Source of the DNA: an uncultured Alphaproteobacteria bacterium
GTDB taxonomy: Bacteria > Pseudomonadota > Alphaproteobacteria > ATCC43930 > CGMCC-115725
Direction of reading: 5' to 3'
Assembly: GCA_963729845.1 (NCBI GenBank)
Contig: CAVSQC010000013.1
Coordinates: 23,261-87,260 of the forward strand
DNA: 64,000 nt
Part shown: one piece after another, positions 20,731 through 29,779 of the stretch
Numbering within the stretch: the first letter of the stretch is position 1
How the letters are laid out: every line of letters starts with the position of its first letter
Position numbers and translations under genes: made by a program
The notes under the pieces: model-generated
Told to the model about the DNA's origin: nothing
What the model saw: the letters and a program-made list of their open reading frames with translations, nothing else
Databases searched by the model: none

Positions 20731-22770
20731 ATGGAGGCGCGCATGGCTACACAAAACGGCCCTAGAGTGGTGGCCCTGGTCGGGCCCTATCTCTCCGGCA
20801 AGACGACGCTGCTCGAGGCGTTGCTCCATGCCAGCGGCACGACTAACCGGCGCGGCACCATCAAGGAAGGCAACACGGTCGGCGATCACTCGCCGGAGGC
20901 GCGCGCCCGCACCATGTCGACGGAGATCAACGTCGCCGCCGCCAAGTTCCTCGACGATCCCTGGACCATTCTCGATTGCCCCGGCTCGGTGGAGCTGAGC
21001 TTCGAGGCGCAGTGCGGGCTGCTCGCCGCCGATGTCGCGGTGGTGGTGTGCGAGCCGGTGGTGGACAAGGCGCTGACGCTGTCGCCGCTGCTCAAATTCC
21101 TCGACGACCGCAACATTCCGCACATGTTGTTCATCAACCGGCTCGATACCGCCGAGGCGCGGGTCAGCGAGGTGCTGGCGGCGTTGCAGGCGGTCTCGGC
21201 GCGCCCCTTGGTGCTGCGCCAGATTGCCATTCCCGGCAAGGAAGGCGCCATCGACGGCTATGTCGATCTGGTCAGCGAGCGCGCCTACAAATACAAGCCG
21301 GGCCAAGCCTCCGACCTGGTCAAGATTCCGGACGGCGTGCTGCCCGACCAGCAGGCGGGGCGCAGCGGCCTCGTCGAGAAGCTCGCCGATTTCGACGACA
21401 AGCTGCTGGAACAGTTGCTCGAGGACGTGCAGCCCTCGAAGGAAGAAATCTACAAGCACCTGACCCAGGATCTGCGCCGCGATCTGATCGTGCCGGTGTT
21501 TCTCGGCGCGGCCGCGACCGATTACGGCGTGCGGCGGCTGTGGAAGGCGCTGCGCCACGAGGCGCCGGGCGCCGCCGAGACCGCGGCGCGCCTTGGCGTC
21601 AAGCCGGGCGCCGACACCGTCGCGCAGGTGATCAAGACCTATCACGCGCCGCACACCGGCAAACTGTCGCTGGTGCGGGTGTGGAGCGGCCAGATCAAGG
21701 ACGGCGACACGCTGAACGGCGTGCGCGTCGGCGGCGTGCTGCGCCTGACCGGCGCCAGCACGGAGAAGCTGTCGAGCGCGGGCCTTGGCGAGGTCGTGGC
21801 GCTGGCGCGCATGGAAGGCATCGTCACCGGCACGGTGCTGGCGTCGGGCAAGGCGCCGAAACTGCCGTGGCCCGACATGCCGAAGCCGGTCTTCGGCCTC
21901 GCCATCGCCGCAGAAAAGCGCGCCGACGACGTCAAGCTGACCCCGGCCATCGCCAAGCTGATCGAGGAAGACCCGACCCTGTCGCTCGAGCACAATGCCG
22001 ACCTGCAGGAAATGGTGCTGTGGGGCCAGGGCGACATCCATCTGCAGATCGCGCTCGACCGGCTCAAGCACAAATACAATATCGTCGCCACCGGCCGGAA
22101 GCCGCAAATCCCCTATAAGGAGACGATCAAGCGCGGCGCCGCGCAGCACGCGCGGTTCAAGCGCCAGTCCGGCGGCCACGGCCAGTTCGCCGATGTCGAG
22201 ATCGAGGTGCGGCCGCTGCCGCGCGGCTCGGGCCACAGTTTCGTCGACGCCGTGGTCGGCGGCGCCATCCCGCGCAATTTCATCCCGTCGGTCGAGGAAG
22301 GCGTCGCGGACTATCTGAAGACCGGGCCGCTCGGCTTTCCGGTGGTCGACGTCACGGTCAAGCTCGTCACCGGCCAGTTCCACGCGGTCGATTCATCCGA
22401 CATGGCGTTCAAGACCGCGGGCCGCATGGCGATGCAGGAAGCGATGCCGAAATGCGATCCGGTGCTGCTGGAGCCGATCCACCTGGTCGAAGTGTCCGTG
22501 CCGAACGCCTTCACCGCGCGGGTGCAGCGGCTCATCTCCGGCCGGCGCGGCCAGATCCTGGGCTATGACGGCAAGCCGGGCTGGGAGGGCTGGGACGTGG
22601 TGTCGGCGCATCTGCCGCGCGCCGAGCTGCACGACCTCATCGTCGAGCTGCGCTCGCTGACCTTGGGCGTCGGCACCTATGCCGACAAGTTCGACCATCT
22701 CCAGGAGCTGACCGGCCGCCTCGCGGAGAAGGTGATCCAGGACCGCACCGCAGCGCACGCGGCGCAGTAG
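20731..22770 (+). CDS. Elongation factor G paralog (EF-G-like GTPase)
   Basis: Uninterrupted 679 aa. P-loop GPYLSGKTTL, DCPG, five-domain EF-G layout. Alternative start at 20743. Confidence 0.85.
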   Translation: MEARMATQNGPRVVALVGPYLSGKTTLLEALLHASGTTNRRGTIKEGNTVGDHSPEARARTMSTEINVAAAKFLDDPWTILDCPGSVELSFEAQCGLLAADVAVVVCEPVVDKALTLSPLLKFLDDRNIPHMLFINRLDTAEARVSEVLAALQAVSARPLVLRQIAIPGKEGAIDGYVDLVSERAYKYKPGQASDLVKIPDGVLPDQQAGRSGLVEKLADFDDKLLEQLLEDVQPSKEEIYKHLTQDLRRDLIVPVFLGAAATDYGVRRLWKALRHEAPGAAETAARLGVKPGADTVAQVIKTYHAPHTGKLSLVRVWSGQIKDGDTLNGVRVGGVLRLTGASTEKLSSAGLGEVVALARMEGIVTGTVLASGKAPKLPWPDMPKPVFGLAIAAEKRADDVKLTPAIAKLIEEDPTLSLEHNADLQEMVLWGQGDIHLQIALDRLKHKYNIVATGRKPQIPYKETIKRGAAQHARFKRQSGGHGQFADVEIEVRPLPRGSGHSFVDAVVGGAIPRNFIPSVEEGVADYLKTGPLGFPVVDVTVKLVTGQFHAVDSSDMAFKTAGRMAMQEAMPKCDPVLLEPIHLVEVSVPNAFTARVQRLISGRRGQILGYDGKPGWEGWDVVSAHLPRAELHDLIVELRSLTLGVGTYADKFDHLQELTGRLAEKVIQDRTAAHAAQ

Positions 22771-22774
22771 GATA

Positions 22775-23300
22775 ATGTTGCGGCGTTTGGCGCTCGGCGT
22801 CGCGTTGCTGCTTGCCGTCGCCGGCGCGGCGCCGGAGGCGGCGACCGCGGAGCAGTCCTACGAGCAGCTCGACCCGAACGCGTATCAGAGCTTCGTCGCC
22901 AACTGGGACGCCGGCCGATGGGCCGCTATGCGCGATCATCCGCACGCAAGCGGACTGGGATCGCGTGCTCAAGCCCGCGCCGACGATGGGCCGTACCAAG
23001 CCGTTCTCGCCGCCGCCGGAGTTCTGGAAATTCAAGGCGATCCTGCTGGTGGCGCATGTCATCGGCGCCGGCGATACGTCAGGCGTGTTCCAGGTCCAGC
23101 ATCTGGTGCGCGGCAAAGGCGGGATGCAGCTCGACTATCGCTTCACGCCGACGCCGCCCGCGTCGTCGAGCATCAAGTGGTATCTCGCGGTGGCGGTCCC
23201 AAAACCGCTGCCGAAGCTCGTCCGCTTCACGGAGAATCGCCGCCTCATCTGCACGCTGAACACGCGCGACATGATCCCGGTCACGCCGCCGCCGCAATGA
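22775..23300 (+). pseudogene. Exported protein of unknown function, frame break near 22932
   Basis: Signal peptide MLRRLALGVALLLAVAGA in the frame of 22775. Continues (IIRTQADWDRVLKPAP...) in ORF 22812-23300. Confidence 0.55.
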
Positions 23301-24754
23301 TCGGACGGCGAACAGCGGCCGCCGTCATGGCATTGTTGTTGCTCGCCGTGGCGGGCGGCGCGCGGGCGGAGGAGGGCAATAGTTCGCCCGACGGCAATTT
23401 TTTCGGCTTCTGGCGTGCGATCGGGGCGGAGCGCGCGCCTTGGGCGTTGGCGCGCGGGCTCAAGAACGGCGAGGCGCCGCTGATCGGGTGGACCGTCGAG
23501 TTCCGCGACGACGCGCTGCTCGGGCCGGCGCCGATCGCCTGCAAGCCGGCGCGCTACAGCGGCGGCCTGACCGCGATTAGCGATGTGTTCGACCGCCGGC
23601 TCGATCGCGAGAACTATGTCGAACAGGGCTCGGTGCTTGGCTTCATGGCCGGCGCCGAGACCGAGCACGTGCTGTGCGGCGACGGCACCCGCATCGACTA
23701 TTACCTGACACATGGCGGCGATGTGCTGATCGCGGTCGGCGACGTGATCTACCGGTTGCGCAAGCCGAAAGGCGATCCGAGCACCTTCAAGGCCGGCGAC
23801 ACGGCGCCCGGGTTCGACTGCGTCGCCGCCGACAACGCGGCCCGAAAAATCATCTGTCTCGATCTCAAACTGTCGGCGCTGGACCGCCAAATGGCGGAGG
23901 GTTACCGCCGGCTCGAAGCAGTCGAAACGCCGGCGAGCTTCGCCACCGTGCGCGACGCGCAGGCGGCATGGTTCGCGTCGATCGTGCGCCGGTGCGGCGC
24001 AGGCGGCGAGCTGCCGCCGCATTCCGACGATGTCGCGGTCATCCGCGATTGCCTTGCCGACCTTTATCCCGAACGGACCGATCTCTTCGGCGGCGCGGCG
24101 GTGGCGAAGGCAGGCGGCCTTGCGCTGGAGCCGCGCATGCGTTTCGTCATGCGCGACAAGCCGCTGTTCGCGGACACTGACTGCTATCCGTGGATGGCGG
24201 GCGGGGCCGCGGCGGACGTGTTCAACGCCAATGTCGCCGAGGTGCTGCGTCAGGACGATCAGCGCGTCGACGCGCGCGGCCTGTTCGTGCCGAAGAATTT
24301 TCCGTCCAACCTGGCGCTGACGGCGCGCCGCAGCTATTGGGTCGCGCGCTTCGACGCGCGCATCGTCAGCCTGCAAATGCGCACCGTCGATTACACCGGC
24401 GGTTCGCATGAGCAGGTCAACGAATTCTCGATCAATTGGGATATGGCGAAGCGCCGGCCGATCGGCTTTGCCGATCTGTTTCCGCTCGACAAGGACGGGC
24501 TGCAATTCGTCACGAGCTTCGCGATGAAGGATCTGGCGCGGCAGTTCGGCGGCGAGCCGCCGCCGCGCCAGGACGATGTCGCGCATGTCGTTACCGATCC
24601 GCGCGCCTGGCTTTTCACCGCCGACGCCGCGATCGTCCACTTTCCGGTCTACAGCATCGCCAACTATTCCCAAGGTGCGTTCGATGTTGCGATTCCGTTC
24701 GCGGCGCTGAAGGATTATCTAATGCCGGACGCGGCGGTGCTGGCACGGCGATAA
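23297..24754 (+). CDS. Exported protein with LprI-like (DUF1311) and DUF3298/RsiV-like regions
   Basis: ATGA overlap with the upstream stop. Signal peptide present. Cys-framed helical segment FDCVAADNAARKIICLDLKLSALDRQM. YTGGSHEQVNEFSINWD motif. Confidence 0.7.
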   Translation: MIGRRTAAAVMALLLLAVAGGARAEEGNSSPDGNFFGFWRAIGAERAPWALARGLKNGEAPLIGWTVEFRDDALLGPAPIACKPARYSGGLTAISDVFDRRLDRENYVEQGSVLGFMAGAETEHVLCGDGTRIDYYLTHGGDVLIAVGDVIYRLRKPKGDPSTFKAGDTAPGFDCVAADNAARKIICLDLKLSALDRQMAEGYRRLEAVETPASFATVRDAQAAWFASIVRRCGAGGELPPHSDDVAVIRDCLADLYPERTDLFGGAAVAKAGGLALEPRMRFVMRDKPLFADTDCYPWMAGGAAADVFNANVAEVLRQDDQRVDARGLFVPKNFPSNLALTARRSYWVARFDARIVSLQMRTVDYTGGSHEQVNEFSINWDMAKRRPIGFADLFPLDKDGLQFVTSFAMKDLARQFGGEPPPRQDDVAHVVTDPRAWLFTADAAIVHFPVYSIANYSQGAFDVAIPFAALKDYLMPDAAVLARR

Positions 24755-24768
24755 AGGGGAAGGCAATC

Positions 24769-24945
24769 ATGGCCAGCGCGCTGTTCAACGACAACAAGAT
24801 GAAGCTCGGCGTGTTCGGGCCGAATGTCAGCCACGGCTACGCGGCGACGTCGCGCGCGTGTTACCCGCCACCCGAAATGTTGCTCGTATGCTCGCGACAT
24901 TTCTTCCCTCCCCCTCAAGGGAGGGAAGGAATGCGCCGGCGATGA
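24769..24945 (+). pseudogene. N-terminal remnant of an LLM-class (luciferase-like) flavin monooxygenase
   Basis: Good SD (AAGGGGAAGG) and MASALFNDNKMKLGVFGPNVSHG, typical of LLM N-termini. After about 28 codons the ORF runs into a REP hairpin and ends. Confidence 0.45.
24903..24928. repeat. REP family C hairpin (CTTCCCTCC-CCCTCAAG-GGAGGGAAG)
   Basis: Related palindromes lie at 26636-26758, 30803-30826 and 49437-49463. Confidence 0.75.
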
Positions 24946-26553
24946 GTTTCGATTACATCGTCATCGGCGCCGGGTCGGCGGGTTGCGTCGTGGCGAGCCG
25001 CCTGAGCGAGGATCCGTCGGCGCGGGTACTACTGCTCGAGGCGGGCGGCAAGCCCGACAGTCTGTGGGTCTCGATGCCGTCGGGCGTCGGCAAGCTGATC
25101 GAGCCGAACAAATTCAACTGGGGCTACAACAGCGAGCCCGAGCCCTATCTCGGCAACCGCACCATCTACGTGCCGCGCGGCAAGGGCCTGGGCGGCTCGA
25201 GCCTGATCAACGGCATGGCCTATGTCCGCGGCCATCCGCAGGATTATGACGGCTGGCGCCAGATGGGCAATCGCGGCTGGGGCTGGGACGATGTCCTGCC
25301 CTATTTCAAGAAATCGCAGCATCGCGTCGCGGCCGGCGGGAACGCCGACCCCGCGTTTCACGGCGCCGGCGGCCGGCTTCACGTCACCGATCCGCTGCAT
25401 CATCCGGCGTCGCGCGACTTCATCGAGGCCGGCGTGCGGCTCGGCCTGCCGCGTAATCCCGACTACAACGCGGCCCAGCAGGAAGGCATCGGCTTTCTGC
25501 AATTCACCATCCGCGATGGCCGCCGTCACAGCACATCGGCCGCGTTTCTCGCCGACGCCGCGCGGCGGCCGAACCTCACGATCGCGACCGAGGCGCTGGT
25601 GCGGCGCATCGTCTTCGACGGCAAACGCGCCACCGGCGTCGAATATCGCGCGCGGCGGCGAGACGCGCATCGAGACGGCCGCGCGCGAGGTGATCCTTTG
25701 CGCGGGCGCGATCGATTCACCCAAGCTGCTGATGCTGTCGGGCATCGGCCCGGGCGCGGCGTTGCAGGAGCAGGGCATTGCCCCGGTCCACGATCTGCCC
25801 GGCGTCGGCCGCAACCTGCAGGACCATCTCTATGTCCACTACACCGCGGATTCGACACCGGACAGTTCGATCAACGCCGAACTGCATGGGCTGCGCCTGC
25901 TGTATCACGGCGCCTATTATTTGCTGACGCGGAGCGGCGTGTTGACGCTCGGCTCGTCGCAGGCCTGCGCCTGGGTGCGCATCCTGCCCGGCGCCGACCG
26001 GCCCGACCTACAGATTTTCTTCCGCCCGGTGAGCTGGGAGTTCAGCCCGTCCGGCACGCTGGAGATCGGGCGCACGCCGTCGGTCTCGGCCTCGTGCAGC
26101 CCGATCCGTCCGCATTCGCGCGGCTGGATCGGCTTGCGCTCGCCCGACCCGGCGGCGCCGGCGAAGATCGTGCCGAACTATCTCGAGGCGGTGCCCGACC
26201 GCATCGCGGCGGTGAAGGGTTTCGCCCTGATACGCCGCATCATGGCGACCGAGCCGATGAAGTCGCGCATCGTGCGCGAGCGGTTTCCCGGGCCCGATTG
26301 CGCCACCGAGGACGATATCCTCGCCCATGTCCGCAACACCGTGCAGTCGCAGCATCACTGGGCCGGCTCGTGCAAGATGGGTAACGATTCGATGGCGGTG
26401 GTGGACGACCAGTTACGCGTCCATGGCGTCGAAGGCGTGCGCGTGATCGACGCCTCGATCATGCCGACGGTTTCCGCCGGCAACACCAACGCGCCGACCA
26501 TCATGATCGGCGAAAAGGGCGCCGACCTGATCAAGGGCCGCGCCGCCGCCTGA
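24942..26553 (+). pseudogene. GMC-family oxidoreductase (choline dehydrogenase-like), frame break near 25651
   Basis: MSFDYIVIGAGSAGCVVASRL FAD motif. Continues (GGETRIETAAREVILCAGAIDSPKLL ... HWAGSCKMG) in ORF 25222-26553. Confidence 0.8.
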
Positions 26554-26635
26554 CAGTCGCCAGCATTGCTTGTATGATTCGCGCCTGCGGGGCCTAAATC
26601 GCGATGACATATTTCTGGCGAGGACTAGACTTTTC

Positions 26636-26758
26636 TCGTCCCTCCCCCCTTGAGGGGGAGCGAGGAAATGCCGAGCGTCGGCGAGGCATTTCGAGTGGGG
26701 GGTGCAAGCGCGCCATACCCCCCACCCGGTCTCAGCCTTCGGCTTCGATCTTCCCTCC
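26636..26758. repeat. Cluster of REP family C palindromes
   Basis: CCCTCCCCCCTTGAGGGGGAG and TTCCCTCCCC... units. The last unit is split by the IS insertion. Confidence 0.7.
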
Positions 26759-26766
26759 CCCTCAAG

Positions 26767-26792
26767 GGGAACTCTCACCTTGACATAACATG
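26767..26792 (+). repeat. Left terminal inverted repeat GGGAACTCTCACCTTGACATAACATG
   Basis: Exact reverse complement of 30777-30802. The boundary is ambiguous by 1-2 nt because of the G run. Confidence 0.85.
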
Positions 26793-26890
26793 ATCTACCC
26801 ATAGTGTGACCGGACATTGCGAACGTCTCGGCACTCTACGGCTGGATCGGGCAGAGGAAAAGGTGATGGTTCCCTCCTTGAGAGGGAAAC

Positions 26891-27070
26891 ATGGAAAAGG
26901 AAATCGAGATTACGCGTGAAATGAAAATCGCCGGAGCGGCCATTATTGATGCTTCTTACGGGGTGGTCGACCAGGAGTTTCTTGCTGCACAGGTTTATAG
27001 TGCCATGGTCCGTATAGCTCTTGCCAAATCTCTGGTGGCATTGCTGCGTCAGCTCTCTTCTCGGCAATAA
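26891..27070 (+). CDS. Small hypothetical protein (59 aa, below the ORF-track cutoff)
   Basis: ATG preceded by GAGAGGGAAAC. MEKEIEITREMKIAGAAIIDASYGVVDQEFLAAQVYSAMVRIALAKS looks like a folded helical protein. It overlaps the 3' end of the opposite-strand ORF by 128 nt. Confidence 0.4.
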   Translation: MEKEIEITREMKIAGAAIIDASYGVVDQEFLAAQVYSAMVRIALAKSLVALLRQLSSRQ

Positions 27071-27527
27071 CCGCGATACGAATAGCTATCGCGCGCAAAT
27101 CCCGCGCAGCCGCACGAATGTCGTTTACGTTAAAATGAGTGACCTCGTAGTGCGCCGCTGTTTTCGCGGTATGAAGATTTTTTATGCGAGGGCCGTCTGA
27201 TGTAATCTCAAGCGTTCTGTGATTTAGGCGGTCTCGTAGCTCGCCGATTAGATTGTATTGGGTAGCAAGGAGGTCAAATTCGGCTTGGTCCGACTTGCCG
27301 ATTTCCAACAAATATCTGGTGATGGATATAACGTCAGATACGCGCTGGCCGCCAAAGATAGCGCGCGCGCGTGTCATGTCGGTTCCAGATTGTAGTTTGC
27401 ACAGAGTATTGAAGAGATTTCCGACAGTGGCGTATCTCTCACTCAAATGGCCTAACGCATGATATAATTCAGCGTCAGGGTCATCCTTAATTGCTGGTGG
27501 TGCCAGCGGAGGATTTATCGACGACAT
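26943..27527 (-). CDS. Hypothetical all-helical protein with an Rx4H (HEPN-like) motif
   Basis: 194 aa from ATG 27527 (ORF extends to TTG 27539). ELRDRLNHR matches the HEPN Rx4-6H signature in a helix-rich context. Long ORF in AT-rich DNA. Confidence 0.6.
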   Translation of the reverse strand: MSSINPPLAPPAIKDDPDAELYHALGHLSERYATVGNLFNTLCKLQSGTDMTRARAIFGGQRVSDVISITRYLLEIGKSDQAEFDLLATQYNLIGELRDRLNHRTLEITSDGPRIKNLHTAKTAAHYEVTHFNVNDIRAAARDLRAIAIRIAVIAEKRADAAMPPEIWQELYGPWHYKPVQQETPGRPPRKKHQ

Positions 27528-27738
27528 GCGTGCGCCCAAGAAAGTACAGAAAACCGGAAGCGAAATCCGCTCCGATGCTTGGGAGCGATTCGTGATGGCT
27601 GTGGGCTACGCGGTCAAGACCCCAGCGATGCACCGCGAAAGCAAGAAAGAGCGGCCAGCGAGTAAGGGGCGCGTACGTAAGGGCAAGAGTTCGTGCTTAA
27701 AACAGCGCGCCTATTTGTTGTTTTTATCTCAGTACTAA
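27526..27738 (+). CDS. Small basic hypothetical protein (70 aa), doubtful
   Basis: Its ATG shares a CATG with the divergent ORF start. Its 3' end overlaps the GTG-start signal peptide of the protease, so only one of the two models can be fully right. Confidence 0.25.
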   Translation: MRAPKKVQKTGSEIRSDAWERFVMAVGYAVKTPAMHRESKKERPASKGRVRKGKSSCLKQRAYLLFLSQY

Positions 27739-28623
27739 TTGCCCACTCGGCCGTAAGCGCGGTTCTCCCGCCATTTATGTTGGATTGTGTCGTCGCGCTC
27801 GGTGGGATGGGCAATATCAATCCCCCCGATAAGCCGCCCAACATTCAATGGATAACGATTGGTACGGGATTCTTTTATGCCTACAAGACTGTCGATGATC
27901 CGGACCCGAAAAAACGGAAATATCAAGTCTACCTCGTCACGGCGGGGCATGTGATTTCGGAATTTTTAGAAACGAACAAGGGCGATTTATCCGTGAGGAT
28001 AAATTTGAAAGATCCATCTCAGCCCGCTCAAGACATTTAATATTCCCAGAAAACCGCCAACTGGCGAATCAACGTGGTTCTTCCATCCAAAATATCGCCA
28101 AGGTGTTGCTGATAATGATATTGCAGCAGTTTCAATTCGGTGGGATTCGATCAAGGATTTGGGTGTCGCCTATATTTTGAGCGATATACAGACTGCCGAC
28201 ATTGAGAAGCTAAAAGCCCTCAAAATTTCCGCCGGAGATGGAGCCTTTGTTCTTGGGTTTCCTTTGCAACTCGCGGGGGTACAACGCAGTTACGTTATCG
28301 TGCGAAACGGGATTGTCGCACGAGTAAGTGACATGCTTGACCATACCTCTGGGACATTTCTCATGGACTCCTTTGTATTCCCCGGGAACAGCGGAAGCCC
28401 TGCCATTCTCAGACCGGAAATAGTATCAATTGAAGGTACGTCAGCAAATAATGCGGCGTATCTCATGGGAATTGTCGAAGGCTATTTGGCCTATTCAGAC
28501 ATTGCGATAAGTATGCAGACGCATCACCAGCGTATCACCTTTGAGGAAAATTCCGGGCTGGCAGAAATAATCCCCATGGATCGCGTGAATGAGGCCATCA
28601 AGGCGAGCGGGACATTGCCCTAG
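27693..28623 (+). pseudogene. Trypsin-like (S1/Trypsin_2) serine protease, probably exported, frame break near 28030
   Basis: Sec-type signal MLKTARLFVVFISVLIAHSAVSA. Catalytic triad contexts are TAGHVI, NDIAAV (readable only in the frame of 28159) and GNSGSP. Alternative cytoplasmic start at ATG 27777. Confidence 0.75.
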
Positions 28624-28913
28624 CTTTTACTGTTTGAATTCAAAGCTTTGAAAATTTCTTGAGCCGATATCTCCACGATTTTACCGCTATCGAAAATTAC
28701 TCTCATTCCTGTCAACTGGGTTAGATCAAGCACAGCCCAGTCCGGCATTTGAGAGATACCGCATGGGACATATTTTTCCGCCCCGCTCGCATCGCGTCCA
28801 TCGGCACAATAGGGACCGGATGATCCGCTGTCGGCGGCTTTCGCCATCATCCCCGGGATCAATGCTAGCGATGTAACCGACAGGATAGCGGAGCGCCGAT
28901 TTAATTTGCTCAT
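28620..28913 (-). CDS. Small exported protein (97 aa), unknown function
   Basis: Signal peptide with an RR motif (MSKLNRRSAILSVTSLALIPGMMAKA). Two Cys in the mature part. Its stop overlaps the protease stop (CTAG). Confidence 0.55.
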   Translation of the reverse strand: MSKLNRRSAILSVTSLALIPGMMAKAADSGSSGPYCADGRDASGAEKYVPCGISQMPDWAVLDLTQLTGMRVIFDSGKIVEISAQEIFKALNSNSKS

Positions 28914-29046
28914 AACAAACCCCTCGCATAAATTGCTCTTTGCGACGGGAAGGCTCCTGTCATCTCAGGCGGATCGGAAGTCCGCCGTACATCGTTGCCA
29001 CATAGCCGCATCGTGTACGCCCCTAGGCTACACGAACGGAATTGCT

Positions 29047-29424
29047 ATGTCCCCACTTTTTCAGGTTTGTGGTCGCTGTCCTTGCCGGACGCCTTTTCTG
29101 GCGAGTCCCGAAAATATACGGGCCGCACGGGAATTGCACTTTGTGGACCCACTGGACGATGGAATTAAAGAGATTGTCATTACCCTGATCGCCCACGGAA
29201 TTGAGACCTCGGAATCATGCGAGGGCGGTCCTGGTCATGCCTTCCCGGAACCCACAGTAAGATTCGAGGGCGATCAGCCTGAGGGGCTTAGGGCAGTTTC
29301 GGTCGCTTTAGCGTACGGGTTTCCAGTCACTCGGCTACGTCGCGCATGGGCGATAAAGGATGGGCTACTGCATGGACCGTGGTGGGAGATGACATTTGCC
29401 CCGCACAAGCCCATGCAGCAATAA
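29047..29424 (+). CDS. Hypothetical protein (125 aa) with N-terminal CGRCPC motif
   Basis: In-frame ATG within ORF 28906-29424. I recognise no family. Confidence 0.45.
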   Translation: MSPLFQVCGRCPCRTPFLASPENIRAARELHFVDPLDDGIKEIVITLIAHGIETSESCEGGPGHAFPEPTVRFEGDQPEGLRAVSVALAYGFPVTRLRRAWAIKDGLLHGPWWEMTFAPHKPMQQ

Positions 29425-29779
29425 GATCAGTTGCCCTTACGAGTTTCTTCCTGACATACGGTACACAGGCGATAGCCGCCGGTTCCCGCGCGCCGCTCAT
29501 GCTGGGGGATGTCTCGCCCCCGGAGCGCATGCGCTATTGTTGTGATGGACCTGTTGATTAGCAGGCTTCTTGCTTTCGTTGATTGAGTAAAATGCAGGCA
29601 CTACTGGCATGGTCGTTTCCTCGATTCCTGGCTAGGCGGCGCTCGCTCTTAGCTCGAACATAAGTAGGACTCCGCAACTTGAGCGAGTCAAGCGAATGAT
29701 AAGGGCCTACTTTTCCATGAATAGAAAGGCTAGTTGCCCTTCAGCCTCTAACCTTTCCCACTCGCGCGGCGGCGCGGGC

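Noticed and set aside
22775-24754. Single 659-aa ORF
   Set aside because: It is really two genes: an exported protein ending at 23300 in another frame, and a second signal-peptide protein starting at ATG 23297. The in-frame stretch between them is Arg/Ala-rich read-through.
26636-26885. Closely spaced CCCTCCCC...GGGGAGGG palindromes as a possible CRISPR array
   Set aside because: The units are palindromic REP hairpins of variable sequence and irregular spacing. There are no constant repeats, no unique spacers of regular length and no cas genes.
26413-27067. Minus-strand ORFs of 134 aa (26413-26817) and 90 aa (26795-27067)
   Set aside because: The first is translated REP sequence that crosses the IS boundary. 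The second overlaps the better-supported 59-aa and 194-aa ORFs and has no start context.
29327-29561. Overlapping 67-aa (minus) and 71-aa (plus) ORFs after the 125-aa cargo gene
   Set aside because: They are mutually antisense, overlap the end of the 125-aa ORF, and have no SD or recognisable motifs.
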